Assembly (NCBI GenBank): GCA_951406725.2
Contig: OX597836.1
Coordinates: forward strand, 6,014,001-6,078,000
Source: Octopus vulgaris
Lineage: Eukaryota
Reading direction: 5' to 3'
DNA: 64,000 nucleotides
The notes under the pieces: model-generated
The model's input: the letters and a program-made list of their open reading frames with translations, nothing else
Databases searched by the model: none
What the model was told of the DNA's origin: nothing
Translations under genes and position numbers: made by a program
In this document: positions 11,907 to 23,590 of the stretch, piece by piece
How the letters are laid out: each line of letters starts with the position of its first letter
Numbering within the stretch: position 1 is the stretch's first letter

Positions 11907-12436
11907 GCCTTTGCACAGCTTCTAACGCTGGAGATGTACTACGGTGTCAGCTGTTCACTACCAGTGAACTAAGGTAGCACCCCTTATTTTTCGAGCACCT
12001 TCCGGAGTATTCGAGCAGTTCCAAGCAGTGCTGTTTTCTGCAAGTGCTCCACCCTTATTGCAGCCCCCTATTTGTTCCACAGACTTCCCGAGATTTTTGC
12101 TCACTGTTCCCAGGGCTCCGACAATTAGTGGTACCACTGCTACCTTTTTAATCGACCACAACTACTTAACTTCCCAAGCTAACCTGTCATATCTCTCTAC
12201 TTTTCTTTCTTCCTTATCGCATACCTTGTTGTCAGCTGGGCATGCTATATCTATGATCCAACATAGTTTGCTTTCTTTCTCAATTAACACTATGACTGGC
12301 TGTTCTCTATCTCATGGTCGCACTGAATCAGAAAATCCCATAGGATCTTTGCATTTTTATTTTCAACGATGTCTTCAGGTTTGCGGTCATATCAATTTTT
12401 TGCTCCGTCAAGTCCATAAGTCCATACTTGTTGCAC
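11907..12436 (-). mobile_element. 5'-truncated R4/Dong-clade LINE 3' end (RLE domain + 3' UTR) within (TAA)n
   Basis: KILWDFLIQCDHEI...CWIIDIACPAD...KVERYDRLAWEVK*LWSIKKVAVVPLIVGALG...LQKTALLGTARILRKVLE*; ATT repeats on both sides. Confidence 0.92.
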
Positions 12437-12496
<60 letters not shown>

Positions 12497-12517
12497 GAAG
12501 AAAGTGAACAGATAGTA

Positions 12518-12804
12518 TAGTTAGCACGCCGGGCGAAATGCTTAGCGGTATTTCGTCTGCCCCTACGTTCTGAGTTCAAATTCCGCCGAGTTCGACTTTG
12601 CCTTTCATCCTTTCGAGGTCGATTAAATAAGTAACAGTTACGCACTGGGGTCGATATAATCGACTTAATGAGTTTGTTTGTCCTTGTTTGTCCTCTCTGT
12701 GTTTAGTCCCTCGTGGGTTGTAAATAAATAGGTATTTCGTCCGCCGCTGCATTCTGAGTCCAAATTCCGCCGGCTTCGACTTTGCCTTTCATCCGTTCGG
12801 GGTT
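12518..12804 (+). mobile_element. SINE family A, dimeric (second unit truncated)
   Basis: GGTATTTCG at 12547 and 12731 (184-bp period). Confidence 0.9.
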
Positions 12805-12872
12805 GAACGTAGCGGCGGACGAAATACCGCTAAGCATTTCGCCCGGCGTGCTAACGTTTCTGCCAACTCGAT
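12805..12872 (-). mobile_element. SINE family A head, inverted
   Basis: GAACGTAGCGGCGGACGAAATACCGCTAAGCATTTCGCCCGGCGTGCTAACGTTTCTGCC. Confidence 0.88.
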
Positions 12873-13098
12873 GCCTTAACATCATCAACAGCAGCCGTTC
12901 AAGAATTTGGACCTGGAGATCTCCATTTCCAGGAACTTCGAGGGTCACTTCCCATTGGTGTCGGGCGTCAACGAAGAGCCCTCGACTACAACAAGACGGC
13001 CAAAGATTTTTTTTTTCCAATGTCTGGGGTGTCCCGCCCCTAAACCCTAGACCATCACCTAATCGCCCTTACTCGTCTTGTTGCCTAACAACAACAGC

Positions 13099-13138
<40 letters not shown>

Positions 13139-13350
13139 TTTTTTTTATTGCCCACAAGGGGCTGAACATAGAGGGGACAAACAAGGGTAGACAAAGGGAT
13201 TAAGTCGATTGCATCGACCCCAGTGCGTAACTGGTACTTAAATTATCGACCCCGAAAGGATGAAAGGCAAGGTCGACCTCGGCGGAATTTGAACTCAGAA
13301 CGCAGCAGCGGACGAAATAACACAAAGCATTTCGACCGGCTTGCTAATGA
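13139..13350 (-). mobile_element. SINE family A
   Basis: Reverse complement of the 12518-12730 unit. Confidence 0.9.
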
Positions 13351-13465
13351 TTATAATAATAATAATAGTCACAGATGGAAGATTTAGCTGCTGTTTCTAC
13401 GAAACCCTTTGGAAGGTTCTTTACCGGGTCATGTCACTATTGTTAGTTGCTGTTGTTGTTGTCAT

Positions 13466-13499
<34 letters not shown>

Positions 13500-13829
13500 G
13501 TTGTTGCTTCTGCTGCTGTTGCTGCTGCTGCTGCAACTACTACAGCTGTTGTGCATAGTAGCCGTACTGCACTCGCTGTGTGCAATTCCACAGTCTGCCG
13601 TTTAATATGGATTTGTCACTGTGTTGTTTTGCTCGCAGAACCGACTGCTGCTGCTGCTGATGTTGCCGCTGCTGATGTTACTGCTGCTGCTGCTGCTGTT
13701 GCTGCTGTGCCTGCTGCTGCTATTCGCTCGCTTCTTAACAGCTGTAGCAGCACCACAAAGCTAACAACAGTAATCTTTTTTCTCTGACATCTTCGTTGTA
13801 AGATCGCGCAAACGACTGGCAATGCAATC

Positions 13830-14360
13830 CTTCATACAGTCACTCAATCTGCTAAATATAACAGCCAATTTCGCCTCAGACTACCATTTCGATAAAATGA
13901 TAAAAATGCAAAAAGCCAAAAAAAATCAAAACAGTACACGTTGAATAATGTAGTCACAGAAACAGAAATTCTGAAAACGTGATGAGATGGTCATTACTGG
14001 AACGTCTTTCATCATATGGTTGTTCAGTCAAGGTTGATCTAAAGCTGATCTGCAACAACAGCAACACTAACAACAACAGCAGCAACAGCGGCGGCGGCGA
14101 CGGCGGCTGAACAAGGGCAACAGTAGTAATATGATTAAGAAGGCCAACATCGCTGAGTGTTTCTATGTGGTGGCTGGATCTGCAAGAAATAGCAGCCAAA
14201 TACCCCTCAAATCACACATCTCTGCATACAGTGAGTATGTCCTGGGTATTCTGGAGAGGAGAAAAGTAAAAAAAATGAAAAAAAAAAACGGTCATGGGTT
14301 AGACTTGATCTTGGATTTGTAGCATCGGGGTTGATCTGGGGTTGAATAAAACTCAACAAT
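13830..14360 (+). mobile_element. Two old copies of repeat family G (SINE-like, (CAA)n tail)
   Basis: Shared motifs (CTGCTAG)AAATAGCAGCCAAA..CCCTCAAATCACAC and ATGGTCA..CTGGAA; also near 1055, 2445, 3085, 14445, 20665(-), 22652, 22830, 23050(-), 29030, 51050(-). Confidence 0.65.
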
Positions 14361-14890
14361 GATTACGATTGTGATTCTAGGCATGAATTAGCAACAAGAA
14401 TATACGAGGAACCATTAATCGGCAGGGAAGGAGTTTCTGTGGTCGACTAGAAATAGCAGTTAAATCTCTCTCTCTGAAATCACGCTACAGCTTATACAGG
14501 AATTGAAACAGAATACATTTGGAGAGCCATGTGCAAAATACATAAATATCCAGAAAATGTCGTGTTTACCACAACCACCACCACCACCACAACTGGCTCA
14601 GCAACAACAACAACAACAACAACAACAAACAACAACAACACCAGCAGCAACAAATATCAAGACATGGGGGTTTTTTTCCGTCCCAGATTAGCCCTGAATC
14701 AGCAGATCTCGGGGGAAAAGGCGGTCAGCCATGCTGTCCACAAATATAAATACATACACAACACAAACACACACATACACACACAGGCACACACACACAC
14801 ACACGTATATATATATATATATATATAATTCATATACATACATACACACACATATACATACATATATATAATTCATATACAAACATATAT

Positions 14891-14941
14891 ATATATAAAA
14901 TATGAATTAGAGATAAGACCACTAATTCATATTTTATATAT
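14891..14941. repeat. 20-bp perfect inverted repeat, 11-nt loop, abutting (TA)n
   Basis: ATATATAAAATATGAATTAG / CTAATTCATATTTTATATAT. Confidence 0.85.
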
Positions 14942-15010
14942 TTATACTGTGAAATTTGATTTAATACTAAATCTAATTTTTCCCTGTAAGTTTGGAGCGA
15001 TACTCCCAAA

Positions 15011-15094
<84 letters not shown>

Positions 15095-15109
15095 TCTAAT
15101 ATATATAGA

Positions 15110-15705
15110 GAGCATGTCCCATTCTGCCGAATTTGTAATGGATTTGTGAATGAAGGCCTCAGCCAACCCAAAACCGTTGTAAATTTTGCTGAAGACACAG
15201 GGAAAGTGCTGCATTGAAAACTGTGTGAAAAGGGACTGATTAGAAAGGCAAGAACGAACCCCATAGAGAGGCTGAATCGGGGACCTACAAAATCTTGTTA
15301 GATTTCCAAATCCAAACGGACTAGTTGCTTGAGCACAACAAACTGGACTTAGTGGTAGTGAAGAAGGTGAACCACATATATACTCCATAATTGATGTTAC
15401 GTACCCTTTTGATCCACGAAGAAAGGCGCAAATATAGATATATACGATACTCTTAAATACGAAACAGCTCGACTGTGGAAAATGAAAAATGTGAAGACAG
15501 GGCCAATTATAAGTGGGGCCCTGGGGAAAGTATTAGAAGGTATAAGAGGGATATAAAATAAAATTTTGATAGGGTATATAGTAGAATTGTTGAAAAAAGT
15601 TTGCCTCCTTGCCTTGGCCAGAATAATCAGAAAAGTATTAGATAATTGAAGAGAACAGATAGCAGGGAACGGTAATAGCCGGGTACCGTAGACTGCAGGT
15701 TGCAA
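15110..15705 (+). pseudogene. Fossil R4/Dong-clade LINE C-terminus
   Basis: FCRICNG; KVLH*KLCEK; DFQIQTD*LLEHNKLDLVVV; IIDVTYPFD; LKYETARLWKMK; PIISGALG; LLKKVCLLALARIIRKVLD. Confidence 0.85.
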
Positions 15706-15799
15706 ACAGGTGTTTATTTAATCGACCCCGCTCGCCGCTATCATAACAACAACAACAACAATACTACTACTACTACTAATAATAATAATAATAATAGTA

Positions 15800-15985
15800 A
15801 TCTAGGTACAAAGTCTAAAATTGTGGCAAAGGGGGCGAGTCCGTTACTTCAGCCCCAGTTGAATTATTTATTTTCATTGATACTGAAAGGATGAAAGGCG
15901 AAGTCAATATTGTCGGAATTTGGACTCAGAACGTTGTGACGGGCGAAATGTCGTCAAGCATTTTCCCGGTACTAGCTCGCCACCT
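15800..15985 (-). mobile_element. SINE family A, degenerate
   Basis: GAAAGGATGAAAGGCGAAGTC...GGAATTTGGACTCAGAACG. Confidence 0.75.
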
Positions 15986-15986
15986 C

Positions 15987-16019
<33 letters not shown>

Positions 16020-16399
16020 TCGTCATAAGTGGGAACCTAAGTTGGAAGGATGTATCTGGGATTTCTAATAGGAACCAGAAAAGTGAAAAATAAAGACACA
16101 AAGACCTGATAATGGCTTACAAATTATAGAAATGTGTGACTAAGTCAGCTGAGAATCCTTTGAGAAGGCGAGCGTCACCTGGAGCCAAACATGGGAACCC
16201 CACAGACCCACGATTATTTACAAACATTCCTATATTTTCCTCGAGGGCAACAACAGATGTGGGTCACTGTGAGGGGGGTTGAGAAGAATGGTGAGCGTTT
16301 TCTGATGGCTTGCGGTGCATTCGGCAACAACTTACATGAGAAATAGTGACAGCTTTTGCATCTTAGAGAGCTGAGACCTTTAATCTCTCTCTCTCTATC

Positions 16400-16445
<46 letters not shown>

Positions 16446-16557
16446 TCTCTCTCTCTATCTATCTTTCATCTGTCTGAAGAATCAAGGTGCTAAACTTTTT
16501 CTTTCTTTCTTGAATAAATATACGCTATACGGAATTATTAATATATACATTTCTAAT

Positions 16558-17190
16558 CTTGACACAAGGCCAGCAATTTTGAAAGAAAGGATATGTCGTG
16601 TTCTCCGACCGCTGTACTAAAGGGGTATTTTATTTCATCCATCCCGACAGGATAAAAGTCTAGTTTGACCTCGGTAGAGTCGAACTCAGAACTTAGAGCG
16701 CCCGAAATAAATGCCTCGAAGTATTCAGAGTGCGACTCGCTAACAGTTCTGAGAGCTCTACGGAATTTTTAATATTACGCTTTGACCCAAATCGGTGTTT
16801 TGGCAGAATCACTACGTGCCGGATAAAATGCTGACAACAAATTACACCGAGGTTGATTGTGTCTTTCATATTTCGGAATCGATAGAATAAGTACCAACTG
16901 AACACTGGAATTGATGTAATTGACTTACCTTCTCTCCCGAAATTGCTGGCCTTGTGCCAAAATTTGAAAACTAATATTACGCCCGCTTTGCACTTTAGCA
17001 TGCGGGACAAAATTCTTTGAGGCATTCCGTCCGTCTTTACGTTCTCAGTTCAAATTCCGCCGAGGTCAACTTTATCTTTCTTCGATTCAGAGTCATTGAA
17101 ATAAGTACCAGCTGAGCACTGGGGTCGTTGTACACGACTTACCCTTTTCACTGAAATTGCTGGCCTTGTGCTAAAATTTGAAAATGGTAT
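16558..17190. mobile_element. Cluster of three family A SINEs (-, +, +)
   Basis: ACAAGGCCAGCAATTT (-) at ~16565; AAATTGCTGGCCTTGTG tails (+) at ~16940 and ~17155. Confidence 0.78.
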
Positions 17191-17336
17191 TAAATGTTAC
17201 TCAAGCTGAACATCAGTAGAATTCTTTGTTCTTTCGATACCTACCGATAATATATCAAGTTATGTAGTCTCGAACGTATGAGTGTGTATAGAATTCACTA
17301 ATAAATAAATAGGTCTACTTAACAAATAAATCCAAA

Positions 17337-17408
17337 GGCTCTGAAGAGGCTAAGGACAGAGAACGCATTACCCTTGCTTGATTCTCTTAGCAAAAACAGT
17401 TGTAAGCT
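17337..17408 (+). ncRNA. Degenerate type-I hammerhead motif at a Penelope-like 3' end
   Basis: GGCT CTGAAGA G GCTAAG..CTTAGC AAAA CAGTT GTA AGCT: three stems present, G12A substitution. Confidence 0.6.
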
Positions 17409-18569
17409 AATGAATTAACTTGATAAGTTAGCGCCTTTTGTTACTTATTCATAACATATACTCCTGTATTATTTTCTCATTGAGTGCATGTACATATGGA
17501 AAGGTGACTTTCAGGGATGTTGAACACCCTCCTTGAAGGTACTTGCGGAGACCGGTAAACACGCACACGTATATGCATATACACATATTTATGTGTGTGT
17601 ACATGCATATAATATAATATGCGTGTGTGAATGTGTGTGTGTGAGAGTTATGACCTCTGACATTCAGGTGTATGTGGGAAAGCAGACCCCCACCAAATCA
17701 AAACCATGCAAGGAAACCAGTTTACGGCCCTGGCAAATGTTTGAAAAGCTACGAGAGAAATCTTGCCCTTTTAATCCTACATTCTTAGTTGCTTCAATTC
17801 ATTTATTAGAAAAGGCGAAATGATACGGACGGCTCCCTACACACTGTGGTATATGTAAGTTCCAGGGTAGTTATCCGGGGGGCCAAATCACAAGACCTAT
17901 ATCGCAATGACCCGTCGAATTTCATTCGGATACTTCAGCGAGGTAGCTTCATATACCGATTCTCAAGACTGCATGCAAATTGCTTGAAACTAAAGAATTA
18001 ACCTGACAAAGAGACAGGCTGGTGATTCCACGTTGGGAACATTATCAAGCGATAAACTTGTCTTATCTGTCAGGCAATTATAATTTACTAGGCGTATGGC
18101 CAAGATGTACCGGCGAGTGATGATTGATTTTTTTTTTTTAGTTATGGAGAAAAATGATGTTTAAAACTGTTTCAAAAGATGCAGCAGTATAGAATTATTT
18201 TTAATTCCGGCTCAAGGCCAGTAGTTTTGAAAAGAGACGTATAGACGATATTAGACCTCAGTACATGACTGGTATTTTGTTTTATCCGCATTGGGGGGGG
18301 GGATTAAAGGAAGCTAACTGAACTCGTCGAGATTTGAACGTCCAATGCAAGGAGCCAGAAGTTTTATAAACGCCTTTCTGTCTCCCTCAGGACGCTGACG
18401 TTTCTGCCAAAGAATCGTTACGGATTACCAGTACAAAACCTTTGAACAGAAAACAAAAAAGGATACAATGAATTGTGGTTAGTCTCTGTGTGTGTGGCCG
18501 TGTATGTTTCTTACATATATACAAAGGTATGGTTTTTACATACGCACACCCACACTACATACATGCATG

Positions 18570-18659
<90 letters not shown>

Positions 18660-18747
18660 AGAAGAGGTGTATCCGCACAGAGGAAAAATCAATTTAAAAA
18701 CAACTCGTTTTCCAAATTCAGGTGCATTTTCAAAATCAAATTCTCCA

Positions 18748-18788
<41 letters not shown>

Positions 18789-18868
18789 ACAGAGAGAGTG
18801 AGAGAGAGTAGTGGTACAACAAGGCACAATGTTTACTGGAAATAGCAATCAATAAATATATATATATG

Positions 18869-18926
<58 letters not shown>

Positions 18927-19260
18927 ATATATACATATATGTATACGTATACGTATATGTGTATATATATGTGTGTATATAAATGTATGTATGTATGTAT
19001 GTATGTATCCACAAACGCATACATACATATTGTATAGACACACATAAACACCTCCTTTGCTTTCTCTCTTCTCTGTTTTTTCTGCATTCGTCCTAAACCT
19101 TTTAGTAAATAAAGTCTAAGCAATTTTCCGTTGCAGTCCTTTTACGGTCTAAGTTCAACTCTCCCTCCATCATTTCCAGCATTGTAACTATAGAGAACTA
19201 GGAATATAATCGATCTCTTCCCCTCTTCCAAACAAAAAAAAATGTGTATCCTTGTATCTA

Positions 19261-19561
19261 TACATTATTTACATTTGACGAATATTTGTCCTCCTCTTGT
19301 TTGTTCTTAACACAACGTTTCGACTGACATACCCTCCAGCATTCATCAGGTGTCCTGGGGAAATTTCGAACCTGAGTTTTTATTCTTAAGGCATTTTTCG
19401 ATGTTATTATTATTATTATTATTACTGTCATTATTCAGGTCACTGCCTGGAATCGACCTCTGGATCTTGTGGTTAGTAGCCCGCGCTCTTAAGCACTGCG
19501 CCATATGCCCGAGGGCATAAGTAAATAATGTACATAATTCCTCATCCCTTAAATATAGAAC
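19261..19561 (-). mobile_element. Family F copy with inverted 3' terminus
   Basis: Body (-) 19261-19518 with hammerhead 19309-19354 and tRNA head; terminal 43 nt in + orientation at 19519-19561. Confidence 0.85.
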
Positions 19562-20099
19562 TATATTTTTGTATCTCTGTTAGAAATTATGTCAGAAGCG
19601 TTCGAGGGTTAGACAAAACATCTTGCTACATGTTTTGCGTCTCTTTACACACTGAGTTCAAATCCCGCTGAGGTCGACGACACTTTTCATCATTTAGAGG
19701 TCGGTAAACGAAGTACCAGTCCAGAATGAGAATGAGAGCCGCTGATTGATTTCTTCGCTATTTTTGGTAAATCTGATGATTATACTCATTACTTCATTGT
19801 GACTGATTTGGGATAAATTTGTAGAGTACATTCTGGGTGTCTCTAGTAGAGTACATTTGGGGTTTCTCTAGAAGAGTACATTTTATTGCAAAGCTTCTGC
19901 CAGATTTCTCGGTTTGTAATAGCTTCATACTTTGCCCCCAAACTAGTCTCGTTGGTGGTGCACAAACTACATCCAGCGCAAGCAGTTTTTGGCTACGACC
20001 AGAGAGATAAAGGCAGAGTGTGGAGTAGGGGCTAGGAAAAAATACGATAATATTCTGCCCTTCTCTCTCTCTATCTCTCTCTCTCTTTCTCTCTCGCTA

Positions 20100-20144
<45 letters not shown>

Positions 20145-20271
20145 TTCTCTTTCTCTATCTATCAATCTCTTTATCTATCTCTGCCTCTCTCTCTCTCTCC
20201 CTATCTATCTATCTATATGTCTATTTATTTCTCTTTTTCTCTCCCTCTTGTTTTCACTTTCTCCCTCTCTC

Positions 20272-20321
<50 letters not shown>

Positions 20322-20405
20322 CATCTTTCTCTCTCTCTCGCTCTCTTTCTCTATCTATCAATCTATTTGTCTATCTTTTTTCTATCTCCGCCTCTCTCTC
20401 TCTCC

Positions 20406-20455
<50 letters not shown>

Positions 20456-21136
20456 GTCTATCTATCTCTTTTTATCTCTCTATCCTTCTCTCTCTATATC
20501 TCTCCCCTCTCCCTCTCTCTTACACGCATACACACACACACACAACCAGGAACACGCCTTCGTTATCCGTCAGAACGATACCAAAGACGTCACCGTCTTC
20601 GCTTGAATTACCTTATTTGATGAGGTCCAAAAAAAAAAAAGGAAAAACAAGTCTTGGCTGTTTTGTTGTATGAAGCAATGGTGCTGTTCAGCTGCAAGTC
20701 ATGCCACATCAAGCAGAACTTTTATCAAAAGCGTTCCAACGTTGACCATTCCGAATTTTTTTCTATATTTCGAGGGTTAAATTACGCAACGCCGTCTTCT
20801 TTATTTCAGATACAAGGGTGAAATGTAAAAATGGTTTGGCTGCTATTTCAAGCACAAAATGTAGCAGCATAGAACTATCTTCATTGGTTCCAGTTGTGTT
20901 TTGTTTGCAATAGTCATTTCTTAAGGAAACCCAACTCAAATTTCACTTGCTTATATCGACGACCGAGTACTTATTTAGTACTTTACTACATCGATCCTAT
21001 CGGGCTAAAAGGCAGGATGACCTCGGCAGGAATTGAACTCTGAAGGCAGAGAGTAAGAACAGACTACCGCATCTTTTTTTTTCTAACGCTCTAATGATCC
21101 TACATTCGTAATAATTATCATAGAATGGGCGACAAA

Positions 21137-21720
21137 GGCGGCGAGCTGGCTGAGTCGTTAGCAAACCGGGCGAAATGATTTGTGGTATTTCGTCTGCCGC
21201 TGCGTTCTGAGTTCAAATTCCGCCGAGGTTGACTTTGCCTTTTATCCTTTCGGGGTCAATAAATTAAGTATCAGTTATGCACTGGGGTTGATGTAATCGA
21301 TTTAACCCATTTGTCTGTCCGTGCTTGTCCCCTCTGTGTTTAGCCCCTTGTGGGTGGTAAAGAAATGGGTATTTCATCTGTCTTTACGTTCTGAGTTGAA
21401 ATTCCGCCGAGGTCGACTTTGCCCGTCATCCTTTCGGGAACGATTAAATAAGTACCAGCTACGCACTGGGGTCGATGTAATCGACTTAATCCGTTTATCT
21501 GTCCTTGTTTGTCCTCTCTGTGTTTAGCCCCTTGTAGGTAGTAAAGAAATAGGTATTTCGTTTGTTTATACGTTCTGAGTTCAAATTCCACCGAGGTCGA
21601 CTCTGCATTTCATCCTTTCGCGATCGATAAATTAAGTACTAGTGGCTTACTAGGGTCGCTCTAATTGACTGGCTCCCTCCCCACAAATTTCGGGCCTTGT
21701 GGCTAGAGAAGAATAGATTA
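21137..21720 (+). mobile_element. SINE family A, trimer
   Basis: GGTATTTC at 21184, 21368, 21552 (184-bp period); last unit has a different tail CCCACAAATTTCGGGCCTTGTG. Confidence 0.92.
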
Positions 21721-21869
21721 ATGTATCATTAAGGTAATTATAGAAACAAAAGTTCCGAAGAAGATAAAAACAATTAAAATTAAAAGTTTTTAAACAATGA
21801 AACAAAAATAGAGGGCGCTAAACTCTATTCTTCCTATGTTTATATACTATTCTGTTACTTTCTAAAACA

Positions 21870-22260
21870 ACGGAATTGTTAACACGGCCGGCGCCACGCT
21901 TAGCGACATTTCATCGGACTCGACGCTCTGAGTTCAAATTCCGCCGTGGTCGACTTTACCCATCATCTCTTCGAGGTCGATAAAATATATAACCATTGAG
22001 CACTGGGATCTACGAAATTGAATAGCCTCCTTCACCCAAAATTTCAAGCCTTGGCCCTACAGAAAAAGGGATTAAGATCAAGACACTTAGCAGCATTTCT
22101 TTCGGCTTTACACCCCGAGTTCAAATTTCACTGGGGTTGACTTTGCCTTTCATCTTTTCAAGGTCAATAAAGTAATTATCAGTTGAGCCCTGGGGTTGAT
22201 GTAATCGACTGACCCCTCCCCACAAAATCTCAGGCTTTGGGCCTTTCGTATACACGATTA
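21870..22260 (+). mobile_element. Two older family A SINE monomers in tandem
   Basis: GAGTTCAAATT B boxes at ~21930 and ~22117, each with an AAAAT(T/C)TCA(A/G)GC(C/T)TTG tail. Confidence 0.78.
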
Positions 22261-22299
22261 TTGCTATTAAAGATCAAAATGTTTAACAGTCTTTCTTCT

Positions 22300-22497
22300 G
22301 TTCTATATTTAAGAGACGAGGAATTGTCTACATTATTTACATTATTTACATTTGACGGATATTTGTCCTCATCTTGTTTGTTGTTAACACAACGTTTCAG
22401 CTGATATACCCTCCAGCCTTCATCATGGGCATATGGCGTAGTGCTTAAGTGCGCGGGCTACTAACCCCAAGATTCCGAATTCGATACCAGGCAGTGA

Positions 22498-22572
<75 letters not shown>

Positions 22573-22646
22573 CAGCAACAACAAAAATTACCTTAGGAAT
22601 GAGAACCCAGATTCGAAATTTCCCCAAGACACCTGATGAAGGCTGG
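22300..22646. mobile_element. Family F copy with 5' inversion splitting the hammerhead
   Basis: 3' end on - strand 22300-22425; head, (AAT)n and CCTGATGAAGGCTGG on + strand 22426-22646; TGATGAAGGCTGG present in both halves. Confidence 0.88.
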
Positions 22647-23269
22647 TGCACCCTAGAAATAGCAGCCAAATCACTTTCAAATCACAGCTTGCTCTCGTAC
22701 GACACAATGAGTTGAGTAATGTATTCTTCACAGACATATATCAGGAATAGAGACATTGTGGCCATAGTTGGAGAGTCTTTGATCATAAATCTACTTCGTC
22801 AAAGCATTTATATATCGTAACAAAAGGGAACTTGATCGACCGACTAAAAATAACAGCTAAATCTATCAACAAAATACATCCTAATGTTTTATCGAAAAAT
22901 AAAGGCCGTGTAGAGATGTTTCAGGTTTAGTCCTGTATCAGAAAAAAAAAAAACACGTGATGGCCATGGTTAGAGTGCCGTTAACTATGGCTGTGCTGAA
23001 TCGAAGTCGTTTTAGAGGTAAACAGTAACAACTCACCTATTTTTGTCGTTGTTATTGTTGCTGTTGCAGGGATTGCTCAGTATCCAATTCATCCTTGATT
23101 GAGCAGATCTTTGATGTAAAACATTCCATCCGTGACCACCCGTTTTTTTTTTCTTTTTCTCCTGCTTGCATGGTATCCAGCATCACATGATGTCTGATTT
23201 CATAGAGGTTTGGCTGGTGTTTCTATTATGTCAAGTAGACACTTACTCAATACAAAATGATATTCCCTC

Positions 23270-23590
23270 TATTACGAAGACGAGTATTGCAGTTGATCCG
23301 ATCAACGGAACAGCCTGCTCATGAAACTGACGTGCATGTGGCTGAGTACTCCACAGACACGTGTATCCATAACGTAGTTCTAAGCGAGATTCAGCGTGAC
23401 ACAGAATGTAACTAGACTGACCCTTTTTGAAATACAAAACAAATTGAAATACTCATTTTTTCAGCGGAGTGAACATGAGCAATGTGAAATAAAGTGTCTT
23501 GCTCAAGGTCACACGCGTAGGCGGGAATCGAAATCATGGTCTTATGTTCATGAGCTCAATCCCTTAACCACTCAACCAACGCGCTTCCGC
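23270..23590 (-). mobile_element. tRNA-derived SINE family C (same head type as B, different body)
   Basis: Minus strand GGAAGCGCGTTGGTTGAGTGGTTAAGGG...TTTCGATTCCCG...CCTTGAGCAAGACAC. Confidence 0.8.

Noticed and set aside
20520-20630. Candidate exon after pyrimidine tract
   Set aside because: Weak acceptor (after CA repeats), poor donor, no recognisable peptide
21184-21720. CRISPR-like or satellite array
   Set aside because: No unique spacers; units are SINE bodies; eukaryotic context
22427-22500. Functional tRNA gene
   Set aside because: Acceptor stem does not pair; it is the head of a dispersed repeat (the same applies to heads of families A, B, C, E)
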